A stretch of 64,000 nt of DNA from Hyaloraphidium curvatum SAG 235-1 (Eukaryota > Fungi > Monoblepharomycota), in assembly GCA_025558095.1 (NCBI GenBank), contig JAIVFI010000005.1:496001-560000 (forward strand), in the 5' to 3' direction. Under the pieces are notes generated by a model, which had not been told where the DNA came from, did no database searches, and saw only the letters and a program-made list of their open reading frames with translations. Shown piece by piece: positions 33,589 to 45,513 of this stretch. How positions within the stretch are numbered: the stretch's first letter is position 1; every line of letters starts with the position of its first letter. Made by a program: the position numbers and the translations under genes.

Positions 33589-35832
33589 CTACCCCTCGAT
33601 CGCCAACACGTCGAGGTAGAACGCCAACTCGGTCTCCAGCGCCTTCCTGATGTTTGCCGCCTGCCTCCATCCGTGGCCCTCGCCCTCGAAGAGCACGTAG
33701 TCCGCCCGCCCGCCCTTTTTCCTGACGGCATCCACGATCGCCTCGGACTGGGCCGGTGGCACGACCTTGTCCTCGCTGCCTTGGAGGACCAGGAGGGGCA
33801 CGGAAATGTTGCCCGCACTCGTGACCGGGGAGCGGGAGACGTAAACGTCGGGGATCGTGGCAGCGGGGCCGCCCATGAGCGAGTCGAGGTAGCTGGAAGG
33901 ACGCGGTAAGCAATTGTTCTTCTGCGAGCGAGTCCGACGCACCGAAGCTCGAACTTGTGCGTGAACTTGGACAGGTGAATCTAGGTGCATGTGAGGCACA
34001 ACAGGGGAATCAAACGCTTTGCAACGTACCAGATCGGCGACGCCGTACGATGAACAGCCAGTAGCAAACGTCACAGGGGCACCTGGCACAAACGGCAGCG
34101 GCAACTCGAGCGCCAATAGCGTTGTCAGGCCGCCTGAAGGAATATCAGCAAGCTTTCTAATCGAGCAGGCAGCACACGTACCGGCCGAGCCACCTGCGAT
34201 AACAATTTGCTTGGGATCAGCAAGGCCCTCCTTTGCCAGGTACCCCGCCGCCGCGACCGAGTCCAGCACGTCGACAACGCCCCACTCCCCGTCCAGCCGT
34301 GCCCTGTACTCCCTTCCGTAGCCGGTGCTGCCGCCGTAGTTCAAGTCCAAGTATGCAAACCCGCGCGTGGTCCAGTACTGAACGCCGTATGAAAGGCTGC
34401 CGAAGCAGTTGCTCGTCGGCCCGCCGTGGATCTTTACGACCGCCGGCGGCTTGGCACCCGCGGGAGCCGAGTAGTCCGGGTTTGTCGGAGCGTAGTAGAA
34501 GGCGTAGGCGGTGCGCTCCTCGCCGCTCGGCGAGCGGGTTGGGAAGGAAACGGCGCGGGCAGGCGAGATGTAGGACTTGTCCACGTCGATGGACGAAGTC
34601 CGCTTGAGGACGTCCAATTTGCCCGTGGTGGCGTTGTATAGGTGGAGACAGGCCTCCGAAGTCGGCGAGGCGGCGACAAAGACGGCGCTTTCGGCCCCAG
34701 GGACGGCGCGCAGGCGCGAAATGACGGTGAACGGAAGGTCGTGCTTGGTGAGCTTGCCTGTGGGGATGTCAATTGAGCAGAGCGTGCTGACGGCGTTGCG
34801 AGTGAACGAAGCGACGATCGTTTTGTCGTTTAGGAAATCAAACTGCGACCTGAGGCGCGAGCGTGAGCACGACATCAAGTCCAGCGATTGCAGGTCATCT
34901 CACCCTCCGAAAGTCCATTCGGGCGAACCGAACTCGCCGTCAGCAACACCACCATCCTTCACGACCGGCGACACCACTTTCTTGCCGACATCGTAGGCCA
35001 TGAGCTGCCAGAAGCCGCTCGAGTCGTCGGCGAAATAAACCCGCCCGTCCGGTCCGAACTTGGGATAGGCGCAAGACGCCCCATCATCCTTGCTCGTGGG
35101 CCGTCCGGCCACGACTGTTTCCTCGCCAGAAGCAAGATCCTTCACACAAAGTTCCGAACCTGTCCAGGGCATGTCCGGATGATCCCACCGCAGGTAGCAC
35201 GCCATCTTGCCCGAGGCGTCGTACCGCGGGTTGGAAAAGAAGTCATGGCCCTGTGCCACCGTGCGCAGTGTTTCCCCGGTCTCGAGGGAGATGGAAACGA
35301 TGCTGTTCACAACTCCGGTCGGCTCGTCGTCCGTGTGGTCCTCCGCGACACAGAGCATTTCCTTGCCGTCTGGGCGGATGCTAAAGTCGGCATACCGGAG
35401 AACGCTCGATTCCGGTGTAAGAGGAGTTATGTTCGAGCCAGGCCGGGCAATGTAGACGCGATTGCCGGGGAAGTTGGAGAACACGATCGTGCCGGCCCCG
35501 GCAGCCACGGAGCCACCGCCGTACTCATGCACGGTGGTGCGGGAATTGAGCGGCGCGGGATTCACTTCCCTGACACGGTCCTTGGCCCTTTCTGCGCCGA
35601 GAACGCGTTCCACGATCACGCCTCTCGCTGGCGCGGGAGTCGGGCGGTTTTCGACGTGTACAATGGCGCCAGTGGCCGGATCGACAACAACGTCGGGAAT
35701 GGAGACGGAAGCCGACGCGATGAGGTCGGCCGAGATCGGCGATTCCCACAGTCCGTAAGGCGAGGTCGTGGGGGACATGTTGTTCGACGCGTGCGAAAAG
35801 GCACGCAGGACGGCTCGGAGGCGCGACAGCAT
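33589..35832 (-). CDS. S9 prolyl oligopeptidase-family peptidase (acylaminoacyl/dipeptidyl peptidase type)
   Basis: PYGLWESPISA, VHEYGGG, WDHPDMPW, IHGGPT, QYWTTRGFAYLDLNYGGSTGYGREYR, GGSAG (Ser), QGSEDKVV (Asp) and FEGEGHGWR (His). Several introns. Confidence 0.93.
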
Positions 35833-35982
35833 GCAACGCGTCCTCGACGCGTTCGGAGTTCGGAGTCCTCGACGCGGAGTGGGGCGGGTGAAACAAAGGC
35901 CCGAGGCGGCCGCCCAAGGGCGCGCGCCCTGCTGCAACTTGAGGGATCAAACTGGATCATCCCAACGTGCTCCCACAGCAAA

Positions 35983-37425
35983 ATGGACGACCAGAGCGAC
36001 TTCAGCCTCTCGAACTCTTCGGTCAGCGACTTCTCGAGTGACTCCGAAGGGGCGGCTTTGGCATTGGCGTTGGCCGCGGCGGTGCCTTCCCAGGCCTCGC
36101 CCCGCAGCACCTTTCGTGGCATTACACTGCCGCTTCCGGCCGGCCAGGCGCCACATCCCGTGGACTATGGCCCTCCACCGGCCATGTCGCCTGTAGCATC
36201 ACACGCTCGTGCATTGGACGGGCCGCCGGCCGCAGCAACGCCTTTTGCATCGCCCGCCCCATCGGCTGCGTCCCTGGGGTCGTCTGCCACGGCTGTTCCG
36301 CCGGCAACGGCCCGGACTTGGGACCCCTCCCGCGGTGTTGGCGGCCTATTGCTCCAGCGGACCATGCTTTCCAGCGGCGTGCGGCTTTCGTACGTCGATT
36401 CCGGCCCCTTCACGCCGCGCGACACCGTCCTCCTCCTGCCGCCCTTTCCGGAGGGGCCGCTGGCCTTCAGGAAGCTGATGCCCGCGCTGGTGGCCAGGGG
36501 ATTCCGGGTCATCGTCCCCACGCTGCGGGGCTGGGCTCCGGGGGATCCGTCGCCGGCCAACGCCGACGCCGCGACGCTGGACGCATTTTATTCCGTCAAG
36601 GCGCAGTGCATCGACCTCGCCGAGCTCATTTCGGTCCTGGGGTTGCCGAACGCAGTCGTCGGCGGCTCCAACGCCACCGTCGTGATGGCGACACATTTCG
36701 CCTTGCTGTTTCCCCACCTGGTATCGCGGCTCTTGATCCTTTCCGGGCCATACCATCCGCCGCCGGAGAACTACGTGCCTCTGGCCTTGCTCGCCGTCGG
36801 GGCGGACCCGACGCTGGGGTACAAGCTGTACCTGGCCAGCGACCGCGCGAGGATCGAGTTCGATGCCGATCTGCCCTTCATGCTGAAGGTCTTCATGCGC
36901 GGGGGAGGACCGGAGGAGATGGAGCTGCTCCACAAGCTCAAGAGCATATCCGGGCTTGCGGCCGTGGGACCGATGGTGGGCTTTCCCGTGCCACCGTCGC
37001 CGCTTCTGTCGCAAGCGGATGAGGACATGCTGGTTGCCCACCTGGAATCAATAGGGGGATGCTCCGGGCCGTTGATGTGGTACCGATGCGAAGCCCGGAC
37101 GTTCAAGGAGTTCCAGGGGGTGCCGAGAGAGATACGCTGCCCGGTGCTCTTCTTGACCGGTGCCTGGAACCCGCTCGGGGCGCCGGGGCAGCGCGCCGAG
37201 ATGCGGCGGCTGTGCGCGGACCTCAACGAGATCACTTTGCCGCACGTCGGGACGTGGATCTCGATCGAGGCACCCGAGGAGGTTGCGGAGGCCGTGTCGG
37301 CGTGGACCGGCCAACCGCGCCGCGGGAGCATCGGCCCACCCCGAAGCGGGAGCGTCGGCACGTTCCAGGGCGGGAGCATGCAGCTGCACGGGGGAAGTCA
37401 CGGTTGGGGCAGCGGGTGCCCGTAG
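35983..37425 (+). CDS. Soluble epoxide hydrolase-like alpha/beta protein with degenerate catalytic residues, intronless
   Basis: LLLPPFPE..AFRKLMPALVARGFRVIVPTLRGW, GPLMWYR, PVLFLTG and HVGTWISIEAPEEV follow the sEH order of motifs, but the triad positions are altered. Confidence 0.8.
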   Translation: MDDQSDFSLSNSSVSDFSSDSEGAALALALAAAVPSQASPRSTFRGITLPLPAGQAPHPVDYGPPPAMSPVASHARALDGPPAAATPFASPAPSAASLGSSATAVPPATARTWDPSRGVGGLLLQRTMLSSGVRLSYVDSGPFTPRDTVLLLPPFPEGPLAFRKLMPALVARGFRVIVPTLRGWAPGDPSPANADAATLDAFYSVKAQCIDLAELISVLGLPNAVVGGSNATVVMATHFALLFPHLVSRLLILSGPYHPPPENYVPLALLAVGADPTLGYKLYLASDRARIEFDADLPFMLKVFMRGGGPEEMELLHKLKSISGLAAVGPMVGFPVPPSPLLSQADEDMLVAHLESIGGCSGPLMWYRCEARTFKEFQGVPREIRCPVLFLTGAWNPLGAPGQRAEMRRLCADLNEITLPHVGTWISIEAPEEVAEAVSAWTGQPRRGSIGPPRSGSVGTFQGGSMQLHGGSHGWGSGCP

Positions 37426-37718
37426 GTGCAACCGGAACTCTCGAACAAGGTCGTTCGCGGTGCACACAACTTCCGATCGGTTCCATCCATTCTCTACTCC
37501 CGTGCTGACGGAGTGCCCGGTCCGATCAACGGCCCGTCCTCCGCGCCGAGTTTCCCGCGGTGACCCGTCCGCGGCCTCCCCCCCTCCGTCCTCTTGCGCT
37601 CCACGAAGCAAGCGGCTCGCCCTGTCCGCCTCCGACCTCCCGCGCCGGCAGCATGCCCTATGAACCGGGAATCCGGGTATCTTGCCCCCCCTTAACGCCC
37701 CTCCGCGCGATTTTCCGA

Positions 37719-39551
37719 CTACGCGTTCCCAGCCGCGTTCGAACCCGCGTTCGAGTTTTGCGACTTGCGGTGCCGGTGCCTCCGCGAGAACCCCTCCCCG
37801 CCCTGCGCCGACGACGGCCTGCCGCCGCCCGCGGCGCCGTTTTCGGCGTCCGCGGGCGGCTGGGCGGGGCGGATCTGGTGCGAGTGCGAGCGCTGGTGCT
37901 TGGGCGGGGCGGTCAGGAAGGCCGAGAGGAGGACGGGGCGCGGGCCGGGGGGTGGGGAGGAGGAGCCGTTGGTTGCGGGGGGCGTGCGAGTGCGGGCATC
38001 GTCCGGGGTGCCGCCCGCCTTGCGCGAGGGGGCGGGGGCGTTGGTCGGGGGTCGGGGGGCGTTGCCGCAGCGGTCCTTGCCAAAGTTGATGCGGTACGAG
38101 GACCATGCGGGGTCGTTGCGCTTGGTCTCGACGGCGGTGATGGCGGAGAGGATGTCGGCAAAGTTGACAAAGGCGATCGACTTTTCCGGCACCGTGTCTG
38201 CGGGGCGCGCCGGTGAGGGCAAACGAAAACGCGCGGCACAAACACGACGCACTCAGCAGCTCGATCTCGCCAAACGTCTCAAACTCCCTCCTGATCTCCT
38301 CTTCCGGGAAGGTCTCCAGGTCGACGTTGCCCACGTACACGTTCCGCGTCGCTCCGTTGGACACGGCGTTCATGACCACGGGCGGCATCGGCTGCGTCTT
38401 GCCCCACCCGATCTTTATCCGCTTGCCGTGGATGATGAGGCCCTCGGACGCGGCGCGGTTGTGGAAGGCCGCGGCGCCGTCGGGGCTGATGAAGGTGACG
38501 AAGGCGATGCCCTTGTCGGGGAGGTACTTGATGTTCTGCAGGATGCCGCCGCGGATGTGCTGCGGACATGCAAGAAAGCGGTAAGGAACGGGTCGCCTCG
38601 GGGTTGCGGATCGGCACCCACGTCGCACAGCTCCTTGAGCACCGTGTCGGCGTGGATCCCGCCCAGGTACACGGTCCGGTTGACGACGCCGTTGGGCCCC
38701 ACGGACGGCTGCGCCTGCGCGTTCTGCCCGCCGTTGGCCTGCGGCGCCCACGGCTGCACCGGCTGCGGGTACGCGTAGGGCATGGCCATGGGCATGCCGG
38801 GGATGCCCATCGGCGGCGGCACCATGCCCGCGGCCATGAACCTGAAGTTGGGCATGCACCTGTCCTTGCCGAAGTTGACGCGCTTGTTTGCCCAGCGCTC
38901 GTCGACCTGCAGGGCCGTGACGGCGCGCACGGCGTTTGCGACCGAGGCCATGTGGACAAAGGCGATGCGCTTGTCCGGGATGACGCGCACGGTGTCGACG
39001 GTGCCGAAGCGGGCAAACTCCTCGCGCAGAAAGGCGTTTGTGAAGTTGGAGTCGATGTTGCCGATGAAGACGACGCGCGTGGCGCCGTTCTGCAGCGCGG
39101 CGAGCACGTGCGCGGGCGGCGGGCTCGTGGGCTTGCCCCAGCCGACCTTGAGCTCCTGGCCGAGCACGGCCAGGCGGCGCGTGGAGGCGTCGTGGTGGAA
39201 CATCGAGGCGGCTGCGGGGTCGAGGAAGGTGACGAAGGCGCACCCCTTGTCCTCGAGGATCTTGCAGCTCTCGAGCGCGCCGTGGCGCACGTGGTTGAGG
39301 ATGTCCTCGACGGCTGTGCCGCGCGGCAGGTTGCCGAGGTACACCGTGCGCAGCGTGGGCTGCAGCAGCGCGGCGGGCGTGCCGTAGTAGGGCATGTACG
39401 GGTACATGGGCGATGCCGGCGCGTACGCGTCCAGCGGGGACGGCGGCGTGTGCGCGCCGCGGCGGGCGGGCGGCGGCAGGTGCGCGGCGGCGCCGTTGAC
39501 CGCGTCCGGCGCGGCGGCCGCGGTGCTGGTGCTGCTGCCGCTCGCGTTCAT
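37719..39551 (-). CDS. Four-RRM RNA-binding protein (Mrn1 / S. pombe Nrd1-like)
   Basis: [58 protein letters not shown] and [22 protein letters not shown]. Confidence 0.9.
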
Positions 39552-39846
39552 TTCGGCGGGAGCGCGGCGGCCGAGATCTGCGGGTGCGGCGGGCCCGCGG
39601 GGCCGCGGCGGCGCGGCGGCGGGGTCGGCGGGGCGCGCGGCGCGGAATGCGCGGCTGCGCGGGCGCCCGGCGGGGCGGCGGGTGTGCCGAGCAGCGAAGT
39701 GTGGGTGAAGTGCGGCGGGAGATCAGCCCGCCCTGCAGTGCCGTCCCCACGCCCATTTAACCCAGCGGTCCCGATTCGGGTCCGGCCGGCGCCACAGGCC
39801 GCGCTGCCGCGGTACCGGGTGCGCTTCTGGCGGGCCCGCGGCCGCG

Positions 39847-41291
39847 ATGACCTCCAAAGTGAACCTCAGCGAGCGGTTCAAGGCGAGCCCGCATCCACGT
39901 GCCCCGCCCCAACCGCCCCCGCTCATCCCGCGTTTCCGCTCCCGCAGTTCGGCGAGACCCTTGGGAAGTGCGTCCCTGCGCGTCGGGCTGCCCCGGGAGG
40001 CCGCTGACGCGCCTCCGCAGGGGCTCGTTCGCGACCGTGGTCATGGCGACAGAGGCCGCGACGGGCAAGCGCTTCGCGATGAAGATCATAGACAAGTCCA
40101 AGTGCCGGGGACAGGAGGTCGGCGCCTGCACTTTCCGCGGCGGAGGCCCGCGATCGCCGACGCCCTCCCGCCCCGTCTCCAGGAACACATCGTCAAGGAG
40201 ATCACGATCCTCAAGAAGCTCGACCACCAGAACATCATCCGCCTCTACGACGTCTTCGAGACGCGCGAGAAGCTGTACCTGCAGATGGAGCTGGTGTCGG
40301 GCGGCGAGCTGTTTGACCGGATCGTGAGCAGGGGCTTCTACACGGAGAAGGACGCGCAGAAGATCGTCAAGTGCCTCCTCGAGGCCCTCGACTTTCTGCA
40401 CAGCCAGAACATCGTGCACCGGGTGCGTGGACGGGCTGCTTTGGTGGCGATGCGCGCCTGAACCCTTCGGTTCCTTACCTTGTGCCCCCTCCCACCACCC
40501 GTTCCAGGACCTCAAGCCCGAGAACCTCCTCATGTCCAGCGACGCCGAAGACGCCGACATCAAGCTCGCCGACTTTGGCCTCGCCACCGTGGCCAGCGGC
40601 GACGACGCCCTCAAGACCTCGTGCGGCACGCTGACCTACGTCGCCCCCGAGATCCTGCGCAACCAGCCCTACGGCAGGCCCGTGGACATGTGGTCGCTCG
40701 GCGTCATCACCTACATTCTGCTGTCGGGCTACCCGCCGTTCTGGGCCGAGGACGACAAGGGGATCCTGGACCTGACCATCCACGGGTCGTACAAATGTGG
40801 GGTCCGCGCCAGTATGCCCCCCGAAACTCCCTCCAACCGAACTCGTTGCCGACAGTCTTCTCCCCCGAATGGGACGCCATCTCCGCCGACGCCAAGTCCT
40901 TCATCTCCTCCCTCATCGTCGTCGACCCGGCCAAGCGCATGACCGCCGCCCAGGCGCTGAAGCACCGCTGGATCGCCGAGGAGGTCGAGGCGACGGCCGA
41001 CATCGGCAAGGTGGTCGGCGAGAACCTGGTCAAGAACTTCAACGCCAAGAGGAAGCTCAAGGTGGGCGTGTCCGCGCGATCGCGATCGTGCGGCGGCTGA
41101 TCCGTCGCGTGCAGGCGGGGATGAAGGCCATCCAGGCCGCGAGGAAGCTGATATCGATGGGGACGCTGGGCCGGGTGGCCAAGGCCGCGCCGGAGCCGGA
41201 GCCGGAGGTGCCGCCGCAGGAGGCCGAGGAGCCGCCGGCCGAGGCGACGACCGTGGGGACGCTGTCGAGGCTGGAAATGAAGGAGAAGTAG
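39847..41291 (+). CDS. Ca2+/calmodulin-dependent protein kinase (CaMK1/Cmk-like), multi-exon
   Basis: LGKGSFATV, FAMKIIDK, ELVSGGELFDRIV, HRDLKPENLL, ADFGLA, CGTLTYVAPE, DMWSLGVI and CaM-binding NFNAKRKLK. Confidence 0.95.
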
Positions 41292-41430
41292 CGATACCCT
41301 GTCTTGCTTTGGATTATTGGCAGCGAGGCGTCTTGTCGACCGACGATGATCATCCCGACCGCATCCCGTCTCCCACGGCAACATTTCGTTAAACACCCGC
41401 CTGAGCACCGTCTCCGCGCATCTCGGAGCG

Positions 41431-42504
41431 ATGGCCACGATGCGCGCCGTGGTCGTCAACGGGAGCGGAAAGAGCCCCTCCGACATGGCCATTGGCGAGG
41501 TCCCGCGCCCCGTGCCCGGGCCGCACGAGATCCTGGTCAAAGTATCTGCATTCGGCATCAACAGGGCCGACACGCTGCAGCGCGCCGGCGGGTACCCCCC
41601 TCCGGCGGGCGCCTCGAGCATCATGGGCCTCGAGATCGCGGGGACCGTCGCCGAGGTCGGGCCTGGGGTGGAGGACTTCAAAGTCGGCGACCGCGCTTTC
41701 GGCCTGGTCCCCGGCGGAGCGTACGCCGAGTTCTGCACGATCCACAAGGACATGGCCACGGCGATCCCGGCCGCTTGGTCGTTCGAGCAGGCTGCGGCGC
41801 TGCCCGAGGTCTGGATGACGGCGTACCAGGCGCTCTGCTACATCGCTGGGGTCAAGGAGGGGGAGGACGTCCTCATACATGCGGCGGCCTCGGGGGTGGG
41901 CACGTGCCTGCTGCAGCTGGCCAAGGCGGCGGGGGCGAGGAACATCATCGCGACGGCGGGGACGGACCGGAAGCTCGAGCTCGCCAAGAGCCTTGGCGCG
42001 ACCCACGCGATCAACTACAAGAAGGAACCCGAATGGCACACCAAGGTCAAAGAGATCACCGGAGGCAGAGGCGTGGATGTGATCATTGACTTTGTAGCAG
42101 GGAGCTACTTCAAGGTGCGCAGTACACTCTGCTGTTGAAGCCCTCTGCCTGCTCACTTGCCCCTGCTCACTTGGCACCGCCAGAAAAACATCGAGTCGGT
42201 CGCCCTTGACGGTCGCATCATCATGCTCGCCCTCCTCGGCGGCATCAAGGCCGACCCCGACCTCAACCTGGCCCTGATCCTCATGAAGAGGATCCGGATC
42301 CAGGGCTCGACGCTCCGCACGCGCAGCCTGCCGTACCAGATCGACCTGGTCAAGTACGTGCGCAAGGATGTGTACGCCAAGATCGAGAAAGGGGAGCTGA
42401 AGAGCGTGATCGACAAGGTGTTCCCCTGGACGGAGATTGCCGAGGCGCACAAATACCTCGAGGCGGACCAGAGCATGGGCAAGGTCGTCATCACCGTCAC
42501 TTGA
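41431..42504 (+). CDS. NAD(P)H:quinone oxidoreductase, PIG3/zeta-crystallin MDR family
   Basis: GINRADTLQRAGGYPPP, GGAYAEF, AAALPEVWMTAYQAL, LIHAAASGVGT, IQGSTLRTRS and MGKVVI. One intron. Confidence 0.93.
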
Positions 42505-42546
42505 TTCCCATGTACACAGCCAAAAGATGCCGCCGGCATGGCTAGC

Positions 42547-43767
42547 CTACTTCGCCTTAGCCTTTGCCGCTCGCGACGGCCGCGCAGGAGGGACGTCCGC
42601 GGCGGCTTCGGCGTCTTTTCGCCTCCCGCGCGCCGGCTTTGCCGCCACCGGGGGTTCCTCGGCTTCCGCCTCCTCCTCGGCTGTCTTCTTCCGCTTAGGT
42701 GCGGCCTTCGGTGCAGGTTTGCCTCGTCGCTTCTTCGATGCCGAGTCCGCAACCTCTTCCTCCTCGCCTTCCCCATACACTTCATCGTCGACCTCGACGT
42801 TCCCCTTCTTCCCGCGCGGCACGGTGTCCCCTTTCCCGCCGTCGGCGCCGTTTTTCTGGGGCCGCTTCGGCTTGAGCTTCTGCAGCGAGGGGACGAAGGC
42901 CGAGGTTCTGCCGCCGACGGTGACGAAAGAGATCGGCAGCCCCGAGAGCGTCCGAGCGTCTTTCTTGCCTTTGCTCCACTTTACGTGGAATAACCATTCT
43001 TTGGGGAACAGGGATGAATCGGCACCGGCGTCACAAGCAGTTTTGATGATGGACTCCATCTTGTCGTAGATCTCCCGCATGTCCTTGTCGTCCAGGGCTT
43101 GGACCCGCTCCTCGGGATGGATCCGGGCCTGGAAAAGGATCTCTGCAATCACAAACTGGCCAATCAGTTCGGCGATCTCAAGTTCTAGCTCACGGGGCCC
43201 ACCGTCCGCGATCCAGTTGCCGACACCCGCGGAAAAGGCCTGGTCCAGGAGCAGCGCTTTGATGGCCACGGCCCGCTTCCTCGCCTTCTCGCAAAAGACA
43301 TCGAAAGGGGGCATTTCGAGGTACGGATCGAAGCCCAGGAGGGAAACCGGGGGCTCGGCCTTGGGATCGTCGACCAGTCGCACGCGGCCGAGCCTTCGCG
43401 CGTCTGAAAAGGCCGCTTCCGTGCCGTCTTCGGTCGTGACGATCCACTTGACGAAGCGCGGGGGCCAGACGTCCTTGACGCTGAAATCCATGAACGAGAG
43501 CGGCGTCTCTCCTTTCACGCGGACGTGCCCCGTCATGCCCGCATGGAGCAGAATGCACGGCTTCTCATCCAGTACGAGCCAGAAGTGCTTGCCGTGACGC
43601 CCACTGCCCGTCACCTTGCGGTTTAGCACGTGCTGCATGAACGTCTCGTGCGTGCAGTTGGTGAACACGATAGGATCCTCGTACGCGACGACCTTCGTGA
43701 TCTTCTTGCCCTTGAGCGCGGCCTCCAGGTCCCGGCGCATCCTTTCGGCCTCGGGAAGCTCCGGCAT
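42547..43767 (-). CDS. mutM: Formamidopyrimidine-DNA glycosylase (Fpg/MutM, zincless plant/fungal type) with basic tail
   Basis: N-terminal MPELPE, RHGKHFW, HAGMTG, FSDARRLGRV, H2TH IKALLLDQ..AGVGNWIADEILF and VGGRTSAFVP. No Cys4 finger. Confidence 0.95.
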   Translation of the reverse strand: MPELPEAERMRRDLEAALKGKKITKVVAYEDPIVFTNCTHETFMQHVLNRKVTGSGRHGKHFWLVLDEKPCILLHAGMTGHVRVKGETPLSFMDFSVKDVWPPRFVKWIVTTEDGTEAAFSDARRLGRVRLVDDPKAEPPVSLLGFDPYLEMPPFDVFCEKARKRAVAIKALLLDQAFSAGVGNWIADGGPRELELEIAELIGQFVIAEILFQARIHPEERVQALDDKDMREIYDKMESIIKTACDAGADSSLFPKEWLFHVKWSKGKKDARTLSGLPISFVTVGGRTSAFVPSLQKLKPKRPQKNGADGGKGDTVPRGKKGNVEVDDEVYGEGEEEEVADSASKKRRGKPAPKAAPKRKKTAEEEAEAEEPPVAAKPARGRRKDAEAAADVPPARPSRAAKAKAK

Positions 43768-43977
43768 CGCGGCGGAGCAGAGTATGCGAATGGCAGTCGC
43801 CCAGCTCGGCACTGATGAGTCCGGGGCGATGTCAGTTCGCGTCACGGAAGGGCGTTGGGACGGAAAAGGGTGAGGGGGAACTGATCAACTGGGCAACGCG
43901 GACTGTCTCCCTGCCCGTACCGACTCGAGATCGACGCGCACTAAAATCGCATTCAAGGTCAGGTACATTGATTCCAG

Positions 43978-45349
43978 CTAAAGCCCATCGTCGCACCGCG
44001 TCTTTAGATCCCGGAGGTACCCGCACCACTCCCGATGCTGCTTGGGCCAATCAGCCTTCTGATGCTCCCGCGAGCAGTAGCTAGCGACACCGCAGCCACT
44101 GCACTTGAGCCCGGTGAGCTGAGTGTCTCGACAAACCCAGCAAGATGCGCATTGCGGGCACGTGCAAGCAAAGCGCCACCTGCAGGAGAAGAGGCTCAAA
44201 CGACGATCGGAGCGCAGCCAGCACCGATCCTCACGTCTTCATGATGAACTCGAGCCGCACGGGCAAAGTCACTCCGTCGCCTTCACCAAACTTGCCGTAC
44301 TCGATACGCAGCTCCTCCCCGGACTTGACGTCGCGGCGCGCCGTGGCGACAAAGACGCCGCTGTCGGGTCCGCCGGCTTCGACAGCCCAATCTGCGTTTG
44401 CCGACGAGCCACAGGCGTGGTTCAACAGGCTGGCGATAGGATAGATGCCCATGCCAACGCTGCGGCCGGCGGCTGTATCCGAAACCTCGTGCGCATTGTG
44501 AAACGCCGTGCGCAACAGCTTCTCGAGGATGCGTTTCTGTTCATCCAGCCCCACAACGTGCAGGTGGGTGTCCAAAAGGGACACGAAAGTGAGGATCTGT
44601 GGCTCGATGCTAATGTGCTCCGTCTGCGGGCACGTCAGGATAAAAGCATGCTGAGGCGCCGTGATGACCGGTGGTGCCGGATCCTCGTCGGCAGGTCCAC
44701 CGAACTTCCAGTTCAGCTGGGCGTCCCATCCAAAGACGCAGCGCTGGAAGAAGCGAAACAGCGAGTCGTCAATGTCCTCCGGAGACAGAGCACCGTCGGC
44801 CGATCTCTTCTTCGGCTTCCCGAATGCCGACTCCTTCTTCTGCGATCCGGCATTGGCCGCGCCGTCGGAAACCTTCAAGGTCGAGAGTCCGTCGCTGACG
44901 TCTTCCTCTTCCGATTCGGATTCCTCCGGCACGTCACGCCAAAAGACCTTCCGGTCGAGGTAACGGACCCGAGACGAGCGTTCGCAGTCTTCGCAAAGTT
45001 CATTCGTGGAGTCGTTGTGCCGCGGATCCTTCGCTTCCCACTCAGCAACTCGCCGATCCGTAAGCCTGTCGAAGCAAGAGTTGCAGAATCGGGCTTCCCG
45101 GGCTTCCCATTCCGGCCGCACGATCCCGGCAGGCGGCGCCTCTTTCAAGAACACTTCCCCTTTGGCAATGTCGCGATCTGCAACCAGGTGGAGCCCTTTG
45201 GCCTTCGTGAAGGCGATCCGAACCGGATAGCGGGCCAAGTTGGGAATCTCGAACGGCAAGGGCGCTGACGCCGATGCGGCGGCCACGAGCTGAGCACGCA
45301 GACCCGTGGATTCCGGACCCAGCAAATGAGGCGGGATCGAGAGGCTCAT
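43978..45349 (-). CDS. SET-domain (SMYD-like) protein with C-terminal zf-MYND
   Basis: KGLHLVADRDIAKGEVF, GIYPIASLLNHAC, ATARRDVKSGEELRIEY, post-SET WRFACTCPQC, and terminal CWVC..CSGCGVASYCSREHQKADWPKQHREWC. Confidence 0.88.
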
Positions 45350-45513
45350 GTTGCCCTCGACCCTTCCAATCGCAAGCGTCGCACGTCGTGTTTATGTAAT
45401 GAGGAGCTAGCAATCGTGTTTATTCAGGGTCTCAGAGGCGTCAGCATCGACGCCAGAATCGCATCATGCCTGGCCGAATCTTGATCTTCCAGGGCCCTGA
45501 GAGACCCCTGTCT

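Noticed and set aside
34888-35982. N-terminal 365 aa of the 845-aa plus-strand ORF
   Set aside because: It is antisense to the S9 peptidase. The epoxide hydrolase-like protein plausibly starts at ATG 35983.
37048-39756. 902-aa Arg/Pro/Ala-rich minus-strand ORF, and similar ORFs at 9399-11609, 12171-13997 and 27431-29218
   Set aside because: These are mostly alternative-frame shadows of GC3-rich genes. Domain motifs appear only where they briefly share a true exon.
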